From positions 160,001-224,000 of the forward strand of contig CAVVUS010000011.1 of NCBI GenBank assembly GCA_963751345.1: a stretch of DNA of 64,000 nt. The letters run 5' to 3'. Shown here in pieces: positions 8,221-18,592 of the stretch. The stretch's first letter is position 1. Every line of letters begins with the position of its first letter. A program made the translations under genes and the position numbers. Origin of the DNA: an uncultured Chloroflexia bacterium. Lineage in GTDB: Bacteria > Chloroflexota > Anaerolineae > B4-G1 > SLSP01. The notes below the pieces were generated by a model that worked only from the letters and a program-made list of their open reading frames with translations, was not told the DNA's origin and made no database searches.

Positions 8221-11026
8221 ATGTCGGCATCGCCCAATCCATTGAGCGCGCCTGTCACCACGATGCGGCTGTTGCGCACAAAGCTCTTTGTGCCCCAGGC
8301 GCATCCGGATCTTGTCGCACGTCCCCGGCTTCTTGAGGCCCTCGAACGCGGCTGCCATCGCAGGCTGACGCTGCTCTCGGCTCCGGCGGGCTTTGGCAAG
8401 TCGACGCTGCTCGCCGTCTGGGCAGCCCAGCGCGCTGGTGGCATCTTGGAGGGGGCGGAGACGCCGGGTCGCCCCCAGGTGGGATGGGTCTCGCTCGACG
8501 AGCGTGACAACGACCCTATCCGCTTCTGGTCCTATGTCATCGAGGCGCTCGATGCGCTGTGGCCGGGCCGATGGGCGACAGTTCGGACGATGATCGGATC
8601 CCCGCAGCCCCCACCGATCGAGGGCGTGCTCACCGAGATTCTGAACACGCTCACTACCTGTGAAGGTTCGGCAGCGCTGGTTCTGGACGATTACCACGCG
8701 ATTGCGGACCCCGCCATTCACGAGGGAATGAGTTTTCTGTTGGAGAACCTTCCCCCTCATCTCTGTTTGATCCTTTCGGGGCGCGCTGATCCGCCCTTGC
8801 CATTGGCACAACTCAGGGCGCGACGCCAACTGGTTGAGATCAGAGCCCACGACTTGCGTTTCACCCAGGAGGAGTCGGCTGACTTCCTCAACCGCGTGAT
8901 GGGCCTGGCGCTCCGAGCGGACGATGTGTCTGCCCTGGCCTCGCTGACCGAGGGCTGGGCTGCCGGTCTGCAGCTTGCGGCTCTTTCGATACAGGAAGCT
9001 GAGGATGTCCGTGCTTTCGTCGCCTCGTTTTCCGGCGAACACCGCTACATCTTCGACTATCTGGCTCACGAGATCCTCGATCAGCAGCCCGTAGCGACGC
9101 GCGAGTTTCTGCTCAGGACGGCGGTGCTCGACCGCATGAACGGCACTCTCTGCGACGCGGTGACCGGGAGCGACGATGGTCAGGCGATGCTGCAGATGCT
9201 GGAGCGAGGCAATCTCTTCGTGACGCCCCTCGATCAGGAGCGTCACTGGTACCGGTACCATCATCTCTTCTCGGAGTTCCTGCGGACGCAATTGGCCGGT
9301 GAGAAAGATCCGGCCGAGATTGCCGACTTGCACCACCGAGCGGCCCAGTGGTTTGTGGATCAGGGTGATCTGTCTGACGCCATTGACCACGCGCTGGCGG
9401 CCGGCGACTATGTGTGGGCGAAGACGCTTGTCGAAGGTGCCCTCGTCGGCATGTTCCGGCGCAGCGAGCTGCGCACTCTCATCGGTTGGCTGGAGCGTTT
9501 GCCCAAGGCCCTCATACAGCAGGATGCCTACTTGACGATGGCTGCGGCGTGGGCGTATCTGGCGACCGGTCAGGCAGGAGGCCGTTGAGACTCGCCTGCG
9601 CGACGTCGAGCGTCTGATCGGCGCGGTGGCCGATGGGTCGCCGGAAAGCTACGCTCTGCCCCCGGAGCAGCGAGGTCCCCTTGCGGAGATCTCGTGTCTT
9701 CGGGCGACGCTCTGCTTCAACAAAGGGGACTTGGCGGCAGTTGAGGCCTACAGCCGGCAGACCCGCGCCTACCTGGCCGATGATGCGCAGGCCGGTGCCT
9801 TCAACCAACGTCTGGCCTTGCTGGGCATCGCGGCATTCCACCTCGCGTTGGCGAAGGAGTTTGGCGGTGACACTGTAGCTGCTGTGGAGGCATTCCAGGA
9901 GGCGATCCCTCGTCTCCGTGACGACGATAACCCACATCTCCTGCCGATGTCGATCAGCCACCTCGGGCAACTGCTGGCCGCTTCAGGGACGGCTGCACGA
10001 CGCCGCATCCACTTACGCCGAGGCGCTTCGCGAGGTCGAGCAACGCGGCACGCCTTCTCCCCTGTCAGGCACGGCCTATACCGGACTTGGCAGCCTGTTC
10101 TATGAATGGAACGATCTGGAGCGGGCTGCCGCCTATCTGGAGCAGGGGATCGAGATGGGAAGGCCCTGGTCGCACTGGGAGGTACTCGTCAATGGCTACG
10201 TGGGGCTGGCATGTATCGACCTGGCCGGCGGCGATGTCGACCGGGCGATGGGCCGGTTGGCCTCGCTGGTGGACTACACGACGTTGGTCAAAATGCGTTG
10301 GGCTCTGCCGCTGATCGAGGCCTATCGCGCTCTATTGTCGCTGCGGATCGGTCGTATCCATGATGCCATCGCGTGGGCCAGGGGTATCGACGTGCCGGCA
10401 GAGGGCGCACTCCCGTTTGCCCTCGAACCCAATGCCCTGATCCTGGCGCGCGTCTTTCTGGCCCAGGGGCAGTATGCGGCGGCACTCGCGCTACTCACCC
10501 GATTGGCCGCGGGCGCAGAGGCCGCCGGCCGATTGGGTCGGGTGATCGAGGCACTGTCTATTCAGGCGTTGGTCCTCGATGCCCAGGGCGAACGTGCGGC
10601 GGCCCTCACGGCGCTGGCGAGTGCCCTGGAGCTGGCGGCACCGCAGGGATATGTCCGCCTGTTTGTCGACGAGGGCCCGGGCATGCGTGGCTCTGCTTGC
10701 CGCGCTGCCCGCCAAGTCTGACTACGCGTCCGGGCTCCTGGCTGCTTTCGCAGGGACACAATCCGTTGATGATGGGGGTCGTCACGTGGCATTGGCCCAC
10801 GCAAGTGGCACGCGCAGATCGGCAGGATCTGGCCGAACCCCTGACGGAGAGAGAGCTGGAAATCCTGGTCCTGATGGCCGATGGACTGACCAATCAAGAT
10901 ATCGCCGACCGGCTCTTCATCTCCATCAATACCGTCAAGACTCATGCCAAGAATATCTACAGCAAGCTTGACGTCCGCAACCGTGCACAAGCCATTGTGC
11001 GCGCCGCTGAAGCCGGGTTGTTGTAG
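8221..11026 (+). CDS. MalT-like LuxR family ATP-dependent transcriptional regulator (three frameshifts)
   Basis: LLRTKLFVP, APAGFGKST, LVLDDYH, TEGWAAGL, RYHHLF, TPR-like region, C-terminal LTERELEIL...TVKTHAKNIYSKL HTH. Confidence 0.9.
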
Positions 11027-11065
11027 CGGTCCCATCCTCCTCGCACTCTCGGCCTCCTCCCGATT

Positions 11066-11162
11066 CCCATCACTCGTTCGGGTGATGGGTGACGCATGTC
11101 CGAATCACCCGATCGGATTCACCCGCCCTGGTGATGACATGGATGCCCGATCTCCTTATACT
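11066..11162 (+). promoter_or_regulatory. Putative activator-dependent promoter with TCACC-n-GGTGA palindromes
   Basis: CCCATCAC-TCGTTCGG-GTGATGGG (11066-89); TCACC half-site at 11105; TCACC-CGCCCT-GGTGA (11119-34) abutting -35 ATGACA, 17 nt, -10 TATACT (11157-62). Confidence 0.55.
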
Positions 11163-11196
11163 CAGGATGAATTGAAAATAGAAGGAGGTCGGACAG

Positions 11197-12115
11197 ATGA
11201 CAGACACTGCAGTTCAAGTCCAAGGATTCCGTAAGGCATACGGCGATTTCGTGGCCGTGAACGGGATCAGTTTCGAGGTCGAGCGCGGCGAGGTCTTCGG
11301 TCTGCTGGGCCCGAACGGCGCAGGCAAGACAAGTACGCTTGAGTGCCTGGAAGGGCTGCGCGAGCCCACAGCAGGCACCCTGGACGTGATGGGAGTCGAC
11401 CCCAGCCGGGAGAGCCGGCGGCTACGCAATCTCATCGGCGTGCAGCTCCAAACGTCGGGCCTACCCGCGAACATGGAGGCGGACGAGGCCATGAGCCTTC
11501 TTCTGCGCCTATCACGGCGTGGCGCCGCGCTACGATCTGCTGGACCGGCTCGGGCTCGCCGAGAAGCGCGACACCCAGTATGAGAAGCTCTCCACCGGCC
11601 AGCAGCGCAGGCTGGCGCTGGCGCTGGCTATCGCCCATCGCCCCGCCGTGCTCTTTCTCGACGAGCCAACCGCGGGGCTGGATGTCGAATCACGCTCCGA
11701 GTTGCACGCGCTGATCCGCGAGCTGCAGTCCGAAGGTACCACCGTGATCCTGGCGACACACGATATGGCGGAGGCCGAGAAGATGGCCGACCGCGTGGCG
11801 ATCCTGCTCCGCGGCAAGGTTGTCGCGACGGGCACACCCCGCGAGCTCACTGCCACCGGTGACGGGCTCACCAAGGTCTCCGTCCGGACGGAGCAGTCGA
11901 TGCTGGCTACCAACGGCACGGGCTTCCCGGCCGTACATCAGCGGAGCGTCAAGGACGACTACACGATCTTTTTCAGCCGGGATCCCGGCCCGACGGTCAG
12001 CGCGATTCTCAGTTACCTGACCGCTCACGATGACAAGCTTATTGACCTGCGCGTCGAGCGCCCGTCGCTCGAAGAGCGCTTCCTGGAGATTACGGCTAAC
12101 GGAGGTGCAGCATGA
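11197..12115 (+). CDS. ABC-2 type exporter ATP-binding protein (frameshift ~11500)
   Basis: GPNGAGKT, LSTGQQRR, LFLDEPT, TH; C-terminal PSLEERFL. Confidence 0.9.
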
Positions 12116-12924
12116 CCGCACTGGTTCACCACTTTGCTTTTGAGTTCAAGACGGGGCTGCGGAACTCCACCCTGCTCTTGATGAACTATCTCTTCCCACT
12201 CGCTTTCTACGCGATGATGGGGTTGGTGATGGCGCAGATCAACCCCACCTTCACCGAATCGATGATTCCGGCGATGGTGCTCTTCGCGGCAATGGCCAGC
12301 ACGCTGCTGGGGCTGCCCGGCCCGCTCGTCGAATTCCGCGAGGCCGGGATCTTTCGCAGCTTCCGGATCAACGGCGTGCCCGCCGTCTCGATCCTGCTGA
12401 TGCCCGCGCTGACGACCGCGTTCCACGTGCTGATCGTGGCGTTGATCATCGCCGTCACGGGCCATCCGCTGTTCGGTGGCGTGAATCCTACGAACTGGGG
12501 GGCGTTTGCCCTGATCACGCTGCTCTCGGTCTTCACCTTCACCGGGTTCGGTGCCTTGATCGGCGTCATCGCACGCGACTCGCGGGGTGTGGTCCTGCTC
12601 TCGCAGGCGATCTTCCTTCCCTCGATGCTGTTGGGCGGGTTGATGGTGCCGATGAGCATCATGCCGGAATCCGTGCGCCCGGTCGCGTTGTTGATGCCTG
12701 CCTCGCACGCGATGCAGGCTTACCAGGGCTTTGCCTACGGGGGAGCGACTGTGCTGCCGCCGATGGTCTCGGTCGCGGTGCTGGCCTCCAGCGGCATCCT
12801 GGCCTTTGCCCTGGCGATCTACCTCTTCAACTGGGACAGCCGCAACAGCGCGCGGCGGGGTCACCCGTTGATGGCGCTGCTCGCACTGGCGCCGTACGTC
12901 GTGGCGATCGTGACGCAGCTGTAG
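12112..12924 (+). CDS. ABC-2 type permease
   Basis: Multi-TM, 'REAGIFR', ATGA overlap with the ATPase gene. Confidence 0.88.
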   Translation: MTALVHHFAFEFKTGLRNSTLLLMNYLFPLAFYAMMGLVMAQINPTFTESMIPAMVLFAAMASTLLGLPGPLVEFREAGIFRSFRINGVPAVSILLMPALTTAFHVLIVALIIAVTGHPLFGGVNPTNWGAFALITLLSVFTFTGFGALIGVIARDSRGVVLLSQAIFLPSMLLGGLMVPMSIMPESVRPVALLMPASHAMQAYQGFAYGGATVLPPMVSVAVLASSGILAFALAIYLFNWDSRNSARRGHPLMALLALAPYVVAIVTQL

Positions 12925-12934
12925 CGATACCAGA

Positions 12935-12995
12935 AGACCTTTGAGGTTTCCCTCACCGAGCAGATGCTCTCTAGACAAGGAAACCCCAAAGGTCT
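12935..12995. repeat. 17-bp inverted repeat pair (REP-like)
   Basis: AGACCTTTGAGGTTTCC ... GGAAACCCCAAAGGTCT, one mismatch. Confidence 0.65.
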
Positions 12996-13011
12996 CATAG
13001 TCGCCATCGGA

Positions 13012-13540
13012 ATGCCCACGTCACCTGATCCCTCGCTCCTGGCGCGTCTGGACGCCGGGATGGCCTATCGGCTCACGCTGCTCATCGCGCCGGCAGGCGA
13101 TGGGGCAGAGGCCCCGGCAGAGACGGATCGCCTGCTGCACGACTGGATAGCCCGTGCGCAGTGGCCGGTCTATCGTATCGTGTTGGCCTCGCGCCATAGC
13201 GATCCCGATCTGTTCTGTCACGACCTCGCGGCGAAGCTCGCGCCGGTCACCGGGCCGCTGGAGCTGGACGGATTGCCGCCGGAAGCATGCATCGTCGAGA
13301 TTGTCAATGCAGTAGCACTCTCCGCGATCCCCGGGACCACGGAGAGTGCCTACGGACTTTGCGCTCGTGCTCGACGGCTACGAGACGATCGACTCACTCA
13401 CCGTTCACGAGGCACTCGTCCTGATGCTTGATTATCTTCCGCCGCCGATGCACGTGGTCATCGTCTCCACCGGTGTGCCACCGCTGGTCAACATCCCCCG
13501 CTTGCGGGCACGCCGCCAACTGCTGCAGATCGCGCTCTAG
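13012..13540 (+). CDS. Truncated MalT-like ATPase-domain protein with degenerate P-loop (frameshift ~13345)
   Basis: RLTLLIAPAGDGAE (vs APAGFGKS), ALVLDGY, LDYLPP, PRLRARRQL* parallel the N-terminal part of 8221..11026. Confidence 0.6.
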
Positions 13541-14060
13541 CGGGTGCGGCCTCGATGCCCCAGAACGCCAACTCGCGGACAGCGGCTTCGACGAGTGGCC
13601 GTACCTCAGCCGCGACCTTCGGCGAGAGCGTGAGGCCCATCTCAAGCGTTGCCGGAACGACACCCAGGAGTACCAGCCGCTCGGGCGTGGTGCCCCTGAA
13701 TTGGCACATTGCGAGAGTCTCCTGGAGCCCAACCTGGTGCATCGAGATCTTGAGGGCGACGACCGCTGGGATCTCCGCCCCCTCCAGGCGCACCACCGTA
13801 CCGGGTGGCGCGCCGGTGCGCACCGCATCGAGGAGCAGAACGGCATCCGCCGATTCCATGTAAGGCAGTAGCTCGAGGCCCATCACCCCGCCATCCAGTA
13901 GCGTGACGTTCTCAGGCCAGGTGTACTCGGCGTCAAGGTGCTCGAGCACCTTGACGCCGACGCCCTCATCCTGCATCAGTGTGTTGCCGAGGCCCAGAAC
14001 CAGCACGCGTTCCGGGCCATCCGCGACGCTTGCTCTCTCGATGTCAGGGCACGATTTCAA
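13488..14060 (-). CDS. hybD: Hydrogenase maturation endopeptidase (HyaD/HybD family)
   Basis: VLGLGNTLMQDEGVG, LLDGG, LLDAV, SMHQ; start codon uncertain. Confidence 0.92.
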   Translation of the reverse strand: MKSCPDIERASVADGPERVLVLGLGNTLMQDEGVGVKVLEHLDAEYTWPENVTLLDGGVMGLELLPYMESADAVLLLDAVRTGAPPGTVVRLEGAEIPAVVALKISMHQVGLQETLAMCQFRGTTPERLVLLGVVPATLEMGLTLSPKVAAEVRPLVEAAVRELAFWGIEAAPARARSAAVGGVPASGGC

Positions 14061-15852
14061 CTCTGGTGACCTCGTTGTGTTCCGTATCCACGATGTGAAC
14101 AGCACAAGCCATACACGGATCGAAGGAGTGGATGGTGCGGATCACCTCCAGTGGCTGGCTCGGATCCGCGACGGGCGTGCCGATGAGCGCCTCCTCCCAC
14201 ACGCCCCGCCGGCCTATGGCATCACGTGGGGAACCGTTCCACGTCGACGGCACGACCGCCTGGTAGTTCTCGATCTTGCCGTTCTGGATGTTGATCCAGT
14301 GGCCCAGGGCACCCCGCGGAGCCTCTGTGGTTCCCCATCCGCTTGCCTGATTTGGCCACGTACTGGGGTCCCATGACGTCCCACTATGTATTGCGAGATC
14401 GCCGCTGTTCATGTTGGCCTCGAGTTCGTTGATCCAGGTGGCCATCCGTTCGGATACCAGCAGCGTCTCGACACCTCGCGCCGCCGTGCGGCCAAGGGTC
14501 GAGAAAAGGGCTTCCGGCCCGACGTTGAGCGCGGTAAGCACCGAATCGATCACCTGCCGGGTGCGGTTATGTCCGGCGGCATAGGCGACGACCATGCGGG
14601 CGAGCGGCCCGACCTCCATCGGCAGGCCGTCGTAGCGCGGGGCCTTGATCCATGAGTATTTGTCATCGGTGTTCAGGAACTCGTAGGGGGGCTGCGGCCC
14701 GGTGAAGTTGGGCTGCGTCTCGCCCTGCGACGGATGTTTGCCCTCCCCATCGCCACCGGTGTAGCTGTACCAGGAGTGGGTCACGTACTCCTCGATCAAC
14801 TGCTGATCGAGTTGCTCCGGCGGGGCGCTCAGATTCTTGTTGCGGACGACGCCGCGAGGCAGCCAGAGCGAGGCGGGGTCGTTCCCCGTCGCGTCGGGGA
14901 AGTCGCCATAGGCCATGTAGTTGCCCACGCCCTCACCAATTGCCGCCCAGTCCTTGTAGAAGGAGGCGACTGCCAGGAGGTCGGGAACGTACACTTGCTG
15001 CACGAAGTCGAGGCCCTGCTGCGCCCACGCTCGCAGCGCCGCGATGCGCGCCGGATTGACGGCGACCTCGCTTGCCGGATCCACGGGCATCGCCATACCG
15101 CCTACCAGGTAGGTCTGCGGATGGGGGTTCTTGCCACCCAACATCGCGTGGATCTTGATGTACTCGTGCTGCCAGTCGAGCGCCTCCAGATAGTGAGCCA
15201 CGGCCATCAAGTTGGCCTCGGCAGGCAGGTTGTAGGCGGGGTGCCCCCAGTAAGCATTCGCAAAGAGGCCGAGTTGGCCGCTGTTGACGAGCGTCTGGAT
15301 CCGTGTCTTCACCCCGCTGAAGTAGTCGGGCGACGATTTCGGCCAATCGGAAATCGACTGGGCAAGGTCACTCGTGGCCGAGGGATCGGCGTCCAGCGCC
15401 TTGACGATGTCGACCCAGTCCAACGCGTGGAGGTGGTAGAAGTGGATCACATGATCCTGTACGAACTGTGCGCCCTCGATGAGGTTGCGCAGGAGTCGTG
15501 CGTTGTCCGGCACGGTGATGCCGAGGGCGTCCTCGACGGCGCGCACCGAAGCGATAGCGTGGACGGTCGTGCAGACACCGCAGATGCGCTGTGTGAAGAC
15601 CCAGGCGTCGCGAGGGTCACGGCCCTTCAGGATCATCTCAAGCCCACGGAACATCGTGGTGGAGCTCCAGGCGTCTGTGACGACGCCGTTTTCGATCTGG
15701 ACCTCGATACGCAGGTGTCCCTCGATCCGCGTGATGGGATCGATCGCTATGCGCTGGCCCACCTGCGGAGCCGGCGGCGGTGGCACTGTCGGTGCCGGCG
15801 TCGGCGCAGGAGGCTGCCCTTTCTCAACTAATGGGATGTATATGTTCGGCAT
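14044..15852 (-). CDS. Group 1 [NiFe] hydrogenase large subunit
   Basis: DPITRIEGH, L1 QRICGVCTTVH, L2 SFDPCMACAVH plus C-terminal cleavable extension; AGGAGA RBS before MPNIYIPLV. Confidence 0.95.
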   Translation of the reverse strand: MPNIYIPLVEKGQPPAPTPAPTVPPPPAPQVGQRIAIDPITRIEGHLRIEVQIENGVVTDAWSSTTMFRGLEMILKGRDPRDAWVFTQRICGVCTTVHAIASVRAVEDALGITVPDNARLLRNLIEGAQFVQDHVIHFYHLHALDWVDIVKALDADPSATSDLAQSISDWPKSSPDYFSGVKTRIQTLVNSGQLGLFANAYWGHPAYNLPAEANLMAVAHYLEALDWQHEYIKIHAMLGGKNPHPQTYLVGGMAMPVDPASEVAVNPARIAALRAWAQQGLDFVQQVYVPDLLAVASFYKDWAAIGEGVGNYMAYGDFPDATGNDPASLWLPRGVVRNKNLSAPPEQLDQQLIEEYVTHSWYSYTGGDGEGKHPSQGETQPNFTGPQPPYEFLNTDDKYSWIKAPRYDGLPMEVGPLARMVVAYAAGHNRTRQVIDSVLTALNVGPEALFSTLGRTAARGVETLLVSERMATWINELEANMNSGDLAIHSGTSWDPSTWPNQASGWGTTEAPRGALGHWINIQNGKIENYQAVVPSTWNGSPRDAIGRRGVWEEALIGTPVADPSQPLEVIRTIHSFDPCMACAVHIVDTEHNEVTRVEIVP

Positions 15853-15884
15853 GGTATTTCTCCTTCTCGTCCAACTGTAATAGG

Positions 15885-16835
15885 TTAGTCGTCGCCATGA
15901 TAGAAAGGCGTCATCGTGTCCCAGAAATGGGGGTTGGTGCACCCAACGCAAGGGTGCCCGGATCCGATGGGCCAACTCGTCCCATCATTCCACTTGACGT
16001 CGTAGCAGTTGCTACGCGTCTCAGGCCCACGGCACCCCATCTCCTCCAAGCACCACCCCAGGCGGTGTCCTGCGTCGCCCCAGGCGTGGACCTTCTGATC
16101 CCGGTTGTAGTACTGCCTCCGCTCACAGTGTTCGTGGATCCTGTTGCTGTAGGCAAAGGTTGGCCGGCGGTTTCCGTCCAGGGCGGGAAGGTCGCCATAG
16201 GTCAGGAAGTAGACCAGGGCGGCCGAGATATTGACCACGTTGGCGGGACATCCGGGTAGGTTGATCAGGTTCGTGAGGCCGGGAATGGCACCCGCGACCC
16301 CTGTGGCGCCGGTCGGGTTGGGCGCAGCTGCGGCGAGCCCACCGTCGTAGGCACATGACCCCGCCGCTACGATAAACCGCGCGCTGGCGGCTACTTCCTG
16401 CAGAATGCTCACGGCTGTGCGCCCGCGGATCATGCAGAATGTGCCGCCGTTGGCGGTAGGGATCGAGCCCTCCACGATGGCAATGTACTCACCGGGATAG
16501 GTCCGGATGGTGTCGCTCAGGGAGAGCTCGGTGCCACCACCGGCAGGCGCCATCAGGGTCTCGTGGTAATCGAGTGAGATACGATCCAGGAGGAACTCGT
16601 CAACCGAGGGTTGCGAAGCTCGAAGAAAGGATTCCGTGTCGCCGGTGCAGTCCTGAAACTCCAGCCATACCACCGGGGGCCGGGGACTAGCTGCTAGAGC
16701 CTTGGCGATGTGGGTGATGCCGGTGCGCGGGAGTGCTAACGTCGCAGCCATCAGGCCACAGAACTTCAGGAAATCGCGACGGTCAATGCCGCGCTGTGCG
16801 AGCCGGTCAGCGAAGTCAAGTGCTTCTGTCTTCAT
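15885..16835 (-). CDS. Group 1 [NiFe] hydrogenase small subunit with Tat signal, no C-terminal TM
   Basis: DRRDFLKFC, QDCTGD, GSCA, PGCP, HEHC, CLEEMGCRGP, HPCVGC; ends FWDTMTPFYHGDD*. Confidence 0.95.
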   Translation of the reverse strand: MKTEALDFADRLAQRGIDRRDFLKFCGLMAATLALPRTGITHIAKALAASPRPPVVWLEFQDCTGDTESFLRASQPSVDEFLLDRISLDYHETLMAPAGGGTELSLSDTIRTYPGEYIAIVEGSIPTANGGTFCMIRGRTAVSILQEVAASARFIVAAGSCAYDGGLAAAAPNPTGATGVAGAIPGLTNLINLPGCPANVVNISAALVYFLTYGDLPALDGNRRPTFAYSNRIHEHCERRQYYNRDQKVHAWGDAGHRLGWCLEEMGCRGPETRSNCYDVKWNDGTSWPIGSGHPCVGCTNPHFWDTMTPFYHGDD

Positions 16836-17021
16836 CAAGGTACCTCCAGTATTTTGGGTAAGGTTTTCCGACGTCTCGTGAACGGTATGTGGGAGCCGGA
16901 CGTGCCTACAGGGGCTATGTCGGGAAAATGGCCAAAAGGATACGCTGACTTTCAAACTGGTCGCTAACTTTGCGAAGGTTTGTGCATCGCAGACCCCGGC
17001 AAGGTCACGCCCTCAGCTGCC

Positions 17022-17074
17022 TTGACGTCCGGTCACTGTCAGATACACTTGTTATTGAAAGGAAGTATCATTAA
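17022..17074 (+). promoter_or_regulatory. sigma70 promoter plus Zur/Fur-box-like operator upstream of zur-znu
   Basis: TTGACG-16-TACACT (17022-49); TTATTGAAAGGAAGTATCATTAA (17052-74) resembles the actinobacterial Zur box TTATTGAAAATnATTTTCAATAA. Confidence 0.65.
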
Positions 17075-17082
17075 AACGGTCG

Positions 17083-17525
17083 ATGCGTAACTTTCAAGCG
17101 TACCTGTCGCAGAGAGGATATCGTATCACGGCGCCGCGCAGCGTGGTGGCTGCCGTGTTGCTGGAGGCTGAGGCCCCGCTCACGGCTCAGGGGATCATGG
17201 AGGCGGGACAGCGATCGGCATAGGGCACTGGGGCTGGTCACCGTATACCGCACGCTTGAGCTGTATGAGAAGCTGGGGCTCGCCTCCCGTGTGCATCTGC
17301 CTGAGGGCTGCCACGGCTATGTGGCAACGACACCGGGTCACCGGCACGTCCTGCTCTGCCGGCGGTGCGGTCGATCGGTGGAGTTTGCCGGGCGGGGGGA
17401 TCTGGATGCCCTGGTGGGTGACCTCGAGCGTCAGACCGGCTATCGAGATCCGTGACCATCTGCTACAATTGTTTGGCATCTGTCCTGAGTGCCGCCGGCA
17501 GATAGGTGTGCCGGGACACACCTGA
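17083..17525 (+). CDS. zur: Fur family regulator, Zur-like (two frameshifts)
   Basis: Rebuilt RGYRITAPR...LGLVTVYRTLEL...HRHVLLCRRCG...HLLQLFGICPEC; precedes a Zn ABC transporter. Confidence 0.8.
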
Positions 17526-17553
17526 CACGCTGACCCTTGGTAAGGAGACATTG

Positions 17554-18545
17554 ATGAGAGGCGGGAACCACTCGCTGTCGAGAGCCCTGGAGGCTCTGCT
17601 GCTGGCTGTATTGCTGATGTCGGGGTGCGCTTCGGCGAGTCCGGCGCCGCCGGCCTCGGGATCGACGACCCTTGATGCGCTCCCGACCCTGATTCCCGTT
17701 ACCCTTGCTTCCGGCGAGCGCTTGCGCGTGGTCGCGACCACCAGCATCGTGGCTGATGTGGTCAGGACCATTGCCGGAGATCGCGTCGACGTGGCCGAGT
17801 TGGTGCCGTTGGGGGCCGATCCCCATGATTTCCAGCCGACGCCACAGGATGCGGCTGCCATCAGTAACGCCCACGTGGTCTTTATCAATGGCGCGGGGCT
17901 GGAGCAGTATATGACGAGGCTGTTGGCGAACGCCGGGGGAGACATCCCGGTCGTGCCGGTATCGTATGGAACGACGCTGCTGACGCTGCAAGGAGGGGGC
18001 GAGCGCCGCTGAGGACGATCCGCACATCTGGTTTGACCCCACCAACGTCAAGACGTGGGTGGCGAACATCCGAACGGCGCTGAGCGCGGTCGATCCCGAT
18101 GGCGAGGTCACGTATACAGGCGAATGCGGACGCCTATCTCGCCCAACTCGATGCACTCGACGCGTGGATTCGGGAGCAGGTATCCGCAGTTCCGGAGGGC
18201 CGGCGCAAGCTTGTCACGGATCATACCTTCCTTGCCTATTTCTCCGCGGCGTATGGCTTCGAACAGGTAGGTATGGTGACAGAAGGGAGCAGTACTCTGT
18301 CACAACCCTCCGCACAGGAACTGGCGTCGCTGGAGGATGCGATCCGAGCGCAAGGGGTCGCGGCGATCTTTGTCGGAACCACGGTCGATCCCAGAATAGC
18401 CCAGCAGATAGCGCAAGACGTGGGCATCCAAGTGGTACCCCTGTACACCGGCTCGTTGAGCGATCCTGCCGGTCCGGCAGGGAGCTATCTCGACTTTATG
18501 AGATATGATGTCGGCCAGGTCGTGAAGGCACTGCAATCGAACTAG
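17554..18545 (+). CDS. znuA: Zn/Mn ABC transporter substrate-binding lipoprotein (two frameshifts)
   Basis: Lipobox LMSGC, VVATTSI, DPHDFQP, NGAGLE, DPHIWFDP, TDH. Confidence 0.85.
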
Positions 18546-18592
18546 TGCAAAATGATAGGCGAGTCGATAAGCTTGGCGGAGGGTATGAACGC

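Noticed and set aside
14044-14120. [NiFeSe] hydrogenase
   Set aside because: The L2 motif is DPCMAC with Cys; no in-frame TGA
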